A stretch of DNA of 64,000 nt from a virus (taxonomy: Duplodnaviria > Caudoviricetes). The stretch is from the IMG/VR virus record IMGVR_UViG_3300033121_000376, positions 1-64,000 of that record. One strand, written 5' to 3'. The notes under the pieces are model-generated. The model was given only the letters and a program-made list of their open reading frames with translations, did no database searches and was not told where the DNA came from. This document shows positions 57,079-64,000 of the stretch, in pieces; the first letter of the stretch is position 1, and each line of letters begins with the position of its first letter. A program made the translations under genes and the position numbers.

Positions 57079-57641
57079 TGCAGATCGAGAACTTAAATTC
57101 AGTAGACAACGGGTCCTCCGCCATTGGCAGAGCTGTTGCGTCGGAAGAGGCTTCCGGTGTTTCAGGCGTCTATACTGTTACATGTATAGGCCCTGACGGG
57201 GAAGTTAAATGGGAAGATACGATCAAGAATGTCGTAACGACGGTTGGTAAAAACGACATGCTAGACAAATACTTGTCCGGTTCTGCGTATACGGCAGCTT
57301 GGTACTTAGGATTAATCTCAGCAACCGGGTACACAAGCGCCCCGGTCGCAGCGGATACGATGGCGTCTCACGCCACCTGGTCTGAGGATCAGAACTACTC
57401 CCAAGCGGCGCGTGTCACAGCGGCGTTTGTTGCGGCATCGGGCGGTAGCAAGGCTCTATCAGCAGCCCTGGCGTTCTCTATCAACGCAACGACGACGATT
57501 AAAGGCTGTTTCGTAACGAGCGTCAGCACCAAGGGCGGTACGACAGGTATCTTATATTCCGCGGGGTTATTTACCGGCGGGGATAAAAGCGTACAGAACT
57601 TAGATACGCTGAACGTTAGTTACTCAACCACGTTGACTTAA
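57078..57641 (+). CDS. Putative virion structural protein
   Basis: Thr/Ala/Gly-rich; EDTIKNVVTTVG...LNVSYS pattern of phage tail-region proteins; coupled. Confidence 0.7.
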   Translation: MQIENLNSVDNGSSAIGRAVASEEASGVSGVYTVTCIGPDGEVKWEDTIKNVVTTVGKNDMLDKYLSGSAYTAAWYLGLISATGYTSAPVAADTMASHATWSEDQNYSQAARVTAAFVAASGGSKALSAALAFSINATTTIKGCFVTSVSTKGGTTGILYSAGLFTGGDKSVQNLDTLNVSYSTTLT

Positions 57642-58804
57642 TGGCTATCCTGCATAAAACCCGCGTCAAAGAAACGGCCAGCAACAAACCGAATGCGTCA
57701 ACTGCGTTTTCCCTCCCGGGAAGCGCAGCGACTGGGTACCGGACGTTTGCTTCGGCTTATGCGAATAACGATCAGTTACCCTACCATGCGACTAATGGGA
57801 CTAGCTGGGAAAGCGGTATAGGTACGTTTACAACGGGACCAAGCACTTTAACGCGTACAACTATTTTGGAATCCAGCAATACTAATGCGGCAGTTGATTT
57901 TAGCGCAGGTGCTGACGTTGAGTTGTTTGTTGAGTGGCCTGCTGCACAGGGTACATTATCTCAAGTTGCGAACGAGTCTCTCATACCGGGAGGGCGTTTA
58001 ACTCTTGAATCTGGCGTCCCTGTTTCGACGACAGATCAGCTTGCCAAAACGACTGTATACTACACCCCCTATCTGCACAATGGCATCACACTATGGGACG
58101 GCGTACAGTGGCGGCCTGTTGAATTTACTGAAACATCACTAGCATTAGGCACGTTAACAGCTCTGTTACCTTATGATGTGTATGCTTACTTAAACGCTGG
58201 CGTTTTAACGTTAGAATTATTAGCCTGGACAAACGCAACGACAAGAGCAACATCGGTTACATCGCAAGATGGTCGTTACTGTAAATCAAGTGATAAAACG
58301 CGCCTCCTACTCGGCACTATTGCACCCATAACAACGACGACAATCGAAGACTCTATCATCAATAGACTTGTAGCTAACCTGTACAACGCAGTTCCAAGGG
58401 GGGTCAGATATTCCGCTGGCTCAAGTAGTCATACATGGACTCCAGCGGGTGCGGCGCTCAGGGAATATAACGGGTCATCGAACGTCCACGTTATGCGTTT
58501 TGTTAATGCTTTTACAATAGATTTGCCTCATGGATGTTTTGCTACATTAAACAGCAGCGTCACTTCATCCGTGTCGGTATTAGCTAATTTAGACTCAGAC
58601 CCAACTGTTTACCCAACCGCACCAGGACAACCCGCCGGGGTATTTACCTCATTCACAACAGCTAATAACTGGTCTAGTTTTGGATTGTATATTGGGGTTG
58701 TTCCTGGATTTCACAAAATCACCCTATGTGAAAGAGTTGTGAGTTCAGGAGGATATACATTAACAGGCAACTTTGGATCTATGTGGGGTCAGGTTTTGCA
58801 ATGA
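57641..58804 (+). CDS. Tail fibre/appendage-like protein
   Basis: RVKET...WESGIGT...TLTRTTILESSN N-terminus; PGGRLTLESGVPV. Confidence 0.75.
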   Translation: MAILHKTRVKETASNKPNASTAFSLPGSAATGYRTFASAYANNDQLPYHATNGTSWESGIGTFTTGPSTLTRTTILESSNTNAAVDFSAGADVELFVEWPAAQGTLSQVANESLIPGGRLTLESGVPVSTTDQLAKTTVYYTPYLHNGITLWDGVQWRPVEFTETSLALGTLTALLPYDVYAYLNAGVLTLELLAWTNATTRATSVTSQDGRYCKSSDKTRLLLGTIAPITTTTIEDSIINRLVANLYNAVPRGVRYSAGSSSHTWTPAGAALREYNGSSNVHVMRFVNAFTIDLPHGCFATLNSSVTSSVSVLANLDSDPTVYPTAPGQPAGVFTSFTTANNWSSFGLYIGVVPGFHKITLCERVVSSGGYTLTGNFGSMWGQVLQ

Positions 58805-59274
58805 TAAATTATATAAAAGTAGATGGTTTAGTCGGGGTGTCCGAAAATCAGGATGGGTCATACCGATTGGATTTGGATGACGGCACAACACGCCCAGCAT
58901 CCCAGCTTGAAATCACGACCGCCAGACGCTTAAAACGAGTCTATGAAATCAACGCAGAGCGAGACAGACGCGAGCAAGCCACGTTTCCGTATATGAGCAA
59001 ACAGGTGCAGTGCGATCCGATCTCAGTCCAGCGCATTTCTGTAGCCGCAACAACAGCACAGATGGCTTTGGCCGCAAACGTGCCATACTCAGTTGACTGG
59101 TCGTGTGCTGACAACAGCATATTGACACTCGACGCATTAGGTGTGCTAGGCATGATGCAGGCTTTAGGGTCGCATGGCGTAGCGATACATTACTACGCAA
59201 GAACACTTAAAGATCAGGTCGCGGTTTCGAGCGATCCAGAGTCAATCGACATTCTGACTGGATGGCCTAGCTAA
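58798..59274 (+). CDS. DUF4376-like tail fibre assembly protein
   Basis: INAERDRREQ...QCDPISVQRI...WSCADN..LTLDA...LKDQV...IDI..GWP. Confidence 0.7.
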   Translation, partial: AMINYIKVDGLVGVSENQDGSYRLDLDDGTTRPASQLEITTARRLKRVYEINAERDRREQATFPYMSKQVQCDPISVQRISVAATTAQMALAANVPYSVDWSCADNSILTLDALGVLGMMQALGSHGVAIHYYARTLKDQVAVSSDPESIDILTGWPS

Positions 59275-60299
59275 TGACCTACGGCATCGGCGGCTATGGT
59301 AGTGCTTCCTACGGCTCAGCCCCTATCACTGGAGGTACGTCACATAGCGTTTCCGCTACGGAGTCTACGACTAGCTCCGATGCTTTGGATGGCACAATAC
59401 AATTCTTGGCCACTTCTCAAGACGCGACTAGCTCTACAGAGACAAGTAGCAGCGCCGCAGAATTCCAAGCAGTCTATTCTGACTCACAGACGATCAGTGA
59501 TACGTCAAGCACAGGAGGTATACCGACCTCAGGGTCGATAGAAGAATCTGCGACGATTTCGGATCAAGGTAGTAGCAGCGCCGCAGAATTCCAAGCAGTC
59601 TATTCTGACTCACAGACGATCAGTGATACGTCAAGCACAGGAGGTATACCGACCTCAGGGTCGATAGAAGAATCTGCGACGATTTCGGATCAAGGTAGTA
59701 GCAGCGCCGCAGAATTCCAAGCAGTCTATTCTGACTCACAGACGATCAGTGATACGTCAAGCACAGGAGGTATACCGACCTCAGGGTCGATAGAAGAATC
59801 TGCGACGATTTCAGATCAAGGTAGTAGCAGCGCCGCGTTTACGGCGACCGTATCCAACTCGATGAGTCCAGACGATGTAACATCCACTCTGATATCTGCT
59901 GTGGCGGGTATCGCGGAAAGCCTAGCAATATCCGACACGACAAACTTCCTGGTAACACTCGTTGAAGCCTCTCTAACAGAGAGCTTTATGGCGACAGCAG
60001 ACGCCACAAGTATTAAGCTTGCAGTTGCAGAACTTTCAGAAGTATTCACAGCCACTTCAGTTCACGGAGGTGGCTTGACCTACGACGCTATAGCGGCGGA
60101 ACTCCTATCCCTGAGTACAACAGAGAACGGTGTGATAGCGATCTTTAAGATTCCGGCAGAAGTTGGAGTACAGTTCTTTGTCGAAACACTCCGAACCGTG
60201 GTAAAAATATCACCTGAATTAACTGTTGAAGTAGGATCGCAAACGGTAAGCTCCGTGGTAGACTACAATTATGTAACCGTTGACGTAAAGAACCCTTAG
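59274..60299 (+). CDS. Ser/Thr-rich putative virion protein with 42-aa repeats
   Basis: YGIGGYG N-terminus; three near-identical repeats. Confidence 0.75.
   Translation: MTYGIGGYGSASYGSAPITGGTSHSVSATESTTSSDALDGTIQFLATSQDATSSTETSSSAAEFQAVYSDSQTISDTSSTGGIPTSGSIEESATISDQGSSSAAEFQAVYSDSQTISDTSSTGGIPTSGSIEESATISDQGSSSAAEFQAVYSDSQTISDTSSTGGIPTSGSIEESATISDQGSSSAAFTATVSNSMSPDDVTSTLISAVAGIAESLAISDTTNFLVTLVEASLTESFMATADATSIKLAVAELSEVFTATSVHGGGLTYDAIAAELLSLSTTENGVIAIFKIPAEVGVQFFVETLRTVVKISPELTVEVGSQTVSSVVDYNYVTVDVKNP
59445..59837 (+). repeat. 126-bp near-perfect tandem repeat x3
   Basis: agtagcagcgccgc recurs at 59445, 59571, 59697, 59823. Confidence 0.95.
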
Positions 60300-60512
60300 A
60301 TGACTAAATTTAAAAGAGCCGTAGTTGCGACCATACTTTTATACGGCACAGGCTGCGCAGAGATTATTCAAGGCGATCTGATCGCAATGGAAACTGTCAG
60401 TAAAATGGTCGATACATACTGCAGACTTCCAGAATCCGCTCGTGCTGTTAACAGGGCGCGATGGAACTGGGCTTTGCAGCCGAATAAGATTCAAATAACT
60501 TGTGGTAAATAG
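60300..60512 (+). CDS. Small lipoprotein (possible o-spanin-like)
   Basis: MTKFKR, hydrophobic core, then GTGC lipobox-like site. Confidence 0.55.
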   Translation: MTKFKRAVVATILLYGTGCAEIIQGDLIAMETVSKMVDTYCRLPESARAVNRARWNWALQPNKIQITCGK

Positions 60513-60516
60513 GCTT

Positions 60517-60921
60517 ATGGCGAAATTTATCGGGGATATTGAGGCGGCATTCACGCCTGGGGATAAGAGAGTCCGATTAGAGGACTCTTTTGCGTTTATA
60601 TCAGACAGATACAGAACGTTTATCTGTGTGGATAAAGGTTTCGAAACAGATTTCGCGTCTGTTCCTAAGTTTCTTCACTGGTTCATAGGACCGACAGACA
60701 CGAACATCCGAGAAGCTGCAGTTGTACACGACTTCATCTACTCACGACTGACGGATAGGTTTACCCGAAAGGAAGCCGACGACATCCTCGTTGAAGGCAT
60801 GGAGGTTTTAGGCGCGTCTGCGTTTAAACGAAAAGCTGTATATGCCGCTGTTAGGATGTTTGGGGCGGGACATTGGGGTAAAAGAGCGATAACGGATTCG
60901 CGCGATGATTCACAAAACTAA
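60517..60921 (+). CDS. DUF1353 domain protein
   Basis: VDKGFETDFASVP, AAVVHDFIY, RKEADDIL...MY/VYAAVRMFG. Confidence 0.85.
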   Translation: MAKFIGDIEAAFTPGDKRVRLEDSFAFISDRYRTFICVDKGFETDFASVPKFLHWFIGPTDTNIREAAVVHDFIYSRLTDRFTRKEADDILVEGMEVLGASAFKRKAVYAAVRMFGAGHWGKRAITDSRDDSQN

Positions 60922-62518
60922 AAAACTTGCTTTTACACCAAAAAAGACTGACGAAGTCATATTCGACTTTACGACAGAGGAGTTAGAAGCTGGCCTTGGA
61001 GACGTTAGATGGAGGTTAAACAACCTCTACTGCATCATCAATAAGCGAAAAGAGGTCGTCGTATACAGAGAGAACGAGGCTCAGAAGTACCTATACGACG
61101 GCATGCACACCCGCAACGTCATTCTTAAATGCCGAAAACTCGGATTCTCAACCGCTATTCAGCTCTTGATGTTGGATACAGCACTGTTCTCTCCTAATGA
61201 AACTGGAAGGGTTATCGCTCAAGATTTAGGCATCGCAGAAGCCATCTTTAGAGATGTGTTCAAGTTCGCGTATGACAGACTTCCTGACCCATTTAAAACG
61301 TCGCTACCAACGGCAAGCGATCCTTCTAAAACCGTTATGGAATTTAGAAACGACAGCCGCGTGGAAGTCTCCTCTAACGCTCGGGGTACGACACCGACGT
61401 TTCTTCACATATCAGAGTTTGGTAAGATCGCGGCGAAAGATCCTGGGAAAGCGAGAGAAATCATCACGGGGTCTATCACCTCGGTTGCCGAAGACGGCCT
61501 TATATTTGTTGAGAGTACGGCAGAAGGTCAGCAAGGTGAGTTCTACGAGATGGTGCAGAACGCCATTGCAACATCTGAGATGGGTGTGAGCTTGTGGAAA
61601 CTCCAGTTCAAGTTCTTTTTCTTCGCGTGGTTTCAAAATCCGGATTATAAAGCGCCTGTTAGTGCGGTCACTCTGAGTTCAGAGGACGAAGAATATTTTG
61701 AAGAAATAGAGGCTGAAACCAAGTACAGGTTGTCTCCAGAACAGAAAGCTTGGTACACACTTTTCTTGAGAGAAACGTATTCAGGCGATCGCTCTAATAT
61801 GTGGAGTGAGCAGCCTTCGACCCCATCTGAAGCGTTCAAAATAAGCACGGAGAGCGCCTATTTCAAAAATGAACTTAAAAATGCGCGATCGCAACGTAGG
61901 ATAGGGTTGTGCCCACACGATCCGCACTACCCGGTAAGCACTTTTTGGGACATTGGGGCCAACGACGAAACGGCTATTTGGTTTATTCAGGCTAAAAGAA
62001 CACATTTTTCAGTCATTAATTTCATAGAGGCGACAGGAGAGCCGTTCGCATATTTCGTAGGGTTAATGGCAGAAATGCCATACACTTACGGCTATCACTA
62101 TCTTCCACATGACGCTAATCATAGAAAACAAGGCGCTTTGCGAAATTTGACTCCTGAAGAGATGTTAAGAGAACTCATGCCCTATTGGAAGTTCGATCTT
62201 GTTCCTAGAACACCGGATAAGCAAATGGCCATTCAGCAAACCCGCGAGGTGTTCCATCTTTGCGTATTCGATGAAAAGAATTGCGCTCTTGGGCTTAAAC
62301 ACCTTCAGAACTTTTTAAAAGACTGGGACCCAAGAACAGGTACGTGGAGAAACATTCCAAAAAAGAACGCTTCTCGAAATGCTGCAGATGCGTTCCTACA
62401 ATTCGGACAAGCTAGAGCGCAAGGGTTGTTCGGGGAAGTATCGTCAAGTGTACTACCAAACGAGGTTAATTTGTTCGGAAGGGCTGGCGGCATTGACATC
62501 GCGCCGCTAGGGTTCTGA
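60905..62518 (+). CDS. terL: Terminase large subunit
   Basis: WRLNNLY, NVILKCRKLGFST, LHISEFG, VESTAEG, WDIGAND.TAIWF, YLPHD, ADAF. Confidence 0.93.
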   Translation: MIHKTKKLAFTPKKTDEVIFDFTTEELEAGLGDVRWRLNNLYCIINKRKEVVVYRENEAQKYLYDGMHTRNVILKCRKLGFSTAIQLLMLDTALFSPNETGRVIAQDLGIAEAIFRDVFKFAYDRLPDPFKTSLPTASDPSKTVMEFRNDSRVEVSSNARGTTPTFLHISEFGKIAAKDPGKAREIITGSITSVAEDGLIFVESTAEGQQGEFYEMVQNAIATSEMGVSLWKLQFKFFFFAWFQNPDYKAPVSAVTLSSEDEEYFEEIEAETKYRLSPEQKAWYTLFLRETYSGDRSNMWSEQPSTPSEAFKISTESAYFKNELKNARSQRRIGLCPHDPHYPVSTFWDIGANDETAIWFIQAKRTHFSVINFIEATGEPFAYFVGLMAEMPYTYGYHYLPHDANHRKQGALRNLTPEEMLRELMPYWKFDLVPRTPDKQMAIQQTREVFHLCVFDEKNCALGLKHLQNFLKDWDPRTGTWRNIPKKNASRNAADAFLQFGQARAQGLFGEVSSSVLPNEVNLFGRAGGIDIAPLGF

Positions 62519-62615
62519 GATCGCAAAAGTGTTTTGAAATAGCTATAGAAATTGCGGAAAGCGAGGTTTAAAATACGCTTGTTTGCACTATAATAACGCC
62601 CTCTAGGAGAGCAAG

Positions 62616-63164
62616 ATGAGTAAGACAAACGTCTACGTTGATTGGGATTTAAACCAAGTCACCGTAACTGAAGTACCGGCAACGCCGCCAAAACCCGTAA
62701 ACGGCGTTATCGAGGTAAAAATTTCGGGCAAACATTTTGTAGAAGGTATTAGAATGAAAATCACAGCTTTATTCATGCAGGTCTTTGCACTAGCCATCAT
62801 CGCAGCTCGCGATGCTTTCGGCAATCCTTTGGACGTTAACGCTTTAGGCAGCGTTGCATGGACAACTTCAGACCCATCAATCGCCAACATTGTTATTAAC
62901 CAAGACGGAACAGTCTCGTTGGTTCCTACCGGTAAAGCGGGCGTCGTACAAGTTACGGCGACAGGTGATACCGATCCGAATACGCCGGAAGGTTTCATTG
63001 GTATAGCGGAATTCAACTATCTTCCGGGTGAAGTGGTGGCTATTGAACTTGCAGCTACGCCAGGAATGGCACAACCCGTTGTAGAGGAACCGGTGGCCCC
63101 TGTAGAGGAACCGGTGGCCCCTGTAGAGGAACCTCCTGTAGACGCGGAACCCGCAGCAGCATAA
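62616..63164 (+). CDS. Ig-like (Big_2-type) domain protein with PVEE repeats
   Basis: WTTSDPSIANI...G.VQVTA; C-terminal (EEPVAPV)n. Confidence 0.7.
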   Translation: MSKTNVYVDWDLNQVTVTEVPATPPKPVNGVIEVKISGKHFVEGIRMKITALFMQVFALAIIAARDAFGNPLDVNALGSVAWTTSDPSIANIVINQDGTVSLVPTGKAGVVQVTATGDTDPNTPEGFIGIAEFNYLPGEVVAIELAATPGMAQPVVEEPVAPVEEPVAPVEEPPVDAEPAAA

Positions 63165-63190
63165 TCGAACACGCGGTATGTCTACCACAA

Positions 63191-63218
63191 AGCCCTGGCC
63201 TTAAAACCGGGGCTTTTT
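63191..63218 (+). terminator. Intrinsic terminator
   Basis: AGCCCTGG/CCGGGGCT stem followed by TTTT. Confidence 0.75.
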
Positions 63219-63236
63219 CACAACCAGGATTCAAGA

Positions 63237-63926
63237 ATGGCTGAAAGATACCAGTTGAGAATTGATAACCTAACTAACGATTACAATCTTTTCAAATACG
63301 ACCCGGAGTACCGGAACACGACTTTCACACAAGATCGCACCTCACTTGACAACTTTAATTCCAGTTTAGTTGCCCACGCTGAAGCTAAAGCATTTGAAAT
63401 GTATGGAAACAGAGATCGACATTTTACACGTCAAGCATATACCGAATACATCTGCGAAGTAGTGGATTTAGTAAAGCAAGTGTCAAACTCCTCAGTGGTG
63501 ATAGCGGCTGCATGGTTAAGCGGCGCTATAGATTTAGAGGTTGAAAATCTTGCAAACCTATATACGATTTATGGTCTGCAAGTGGCTGCTATCTTAGATA
63601 CAGTAGGTGAAATGGAATCTAGCGGAAATTCGTACAGAGATAGGATTGAAGAGATTCGCAAGTGGCGATATTGCGGCACTCAAGATGCTAAAACGATAAA
63701 ACTGGCACACTTAGCTGTTGATTTAAGCACCATGCCGTTTTACGACAGAAAATATACTGAAACACTTATTTGCACCACAGTAGATCTTGTCGATGGACCA
63801 CTAAGAGATGGCAATCGTTATCTAGTGGGAAGAGTACAGACAGCGGTTGACGTAGCCCTTAAAATCGTTAATCGTGAAAAGTATACAGAGGTATCTGGAT
63901 TGACAGGGTTGCGAAAGAGAGGCTAA
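63237..63926 (+). CDS. Degenerate SpoT/Mesh1-like HD-domain protein
   Basis: R....QAY..Y...V...AAAWLSGAID...A.TIKLA follows the HD hydrolase pattern, but the HD/ED residues are replaced. Confidence 0.55.
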   Translation: MAERYQLRIDNLTNDYNLFKYDPEYRNTTFTQDRTSLDNFNSSLVAHAEAKAFEMYGNRDRHFTRQAYTEYICEVVDLVKQVSNSSVVIAAAWLSGAIDLEVENLANLYTIYGLQVAAILDTVGEMESSGNSYRDRIEEIRKWRYCGTQDAKTIKLAHLAVDLSTMPFYDRKYTETLICTTVDLVDGPLRDGNRYLVGRVQTAVDVALKIVNREKYTEVSGLTGLRKRG

Positions 63927-64000
63927 GTAACAGTTGACAAAATGCTTACAAATGCTAATATTTATTAACATTTACATAACGAGGAAGAGTCATGTGGTTG

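Noticed and set aside
25488-63218. Similar hairpins at 25488 and 63191 as a mobile repeat
   Set aside because: Both are best explained as ordinary intrinsic terminators sharing a stem sequence.
1-64000. tRNA genes, introns/inteins, or stop-codon recoding
   Set aside because: No cloverleaf with canonical T-loop found by eye; PolA, TerL and ThyA are uninterrupted and of normal length; long ORFs are intact in the standard code.

Overview
This window is about 64 kb of a lytic-type tailed dsDNA phage genome, probably infecting a proteobacterium (it carries HU, RdgC, RlpA, TraR/DksA and sigma70-type promoters). No integrase, portal or major capsid gene was seen. Layout: (i) the 3' part of a >2,290-aa polyvalent virion/ejection protein (1-6.9 kb, +); (ii) a mostly minus-strand replication and nucleotide-metabolism block (dUTPase, HU, DHH phosphoesterase, SNF2 helicase, RdgC, dCMP deaminase, VRR-NUC, adenine MTase, DHFR, ThyA, family A DNA polymerase, SSB, Cas4-like exonuclease), with a divergently transcribed small regulator and primase-helicase; (iii) a minus-strand early/accessory block (25.5-43.1 kb); (iv) a repeat-rich 2-kb non-coding strand-switch region (43.1-45.2 kb); (v) a plus-strand block with TerS, Ro60/TROVE, GH19 endolysin, tail-fibre-like genes and TerL. 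The most striking signal is a 1.6-kb, almost entirely non-coding stretch (30.33-31.95 kb). It consists of roughly 35-40 units (hand count) of 36 nt, each with two alternating degenerate 9-nt repeats (minus strand TGAAACCCA / TGTTTACCA) separated by 9-nt variable spacers. It lies directly upstream of a nuclease-less IS110/Nop-domain gene, which is the architecture of an RNA-guided TIGR-Tas (TasA-like) system, and a small ORF interrupts the array. Other notable items: three structured Y-RNA-like units under their own promoter ahead of a phage Ro60; a PRPP-synthetase-like plus Nampt-like pair (NARP1-type NAD+ reconstitution); an amidoligase plus glutamine amidotransferase pair; twin pentapeptide-repeat proteins; and two apparently catalytically degenerate enzymes. 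All family assignments come from motif recognition by eye; no searches were run.
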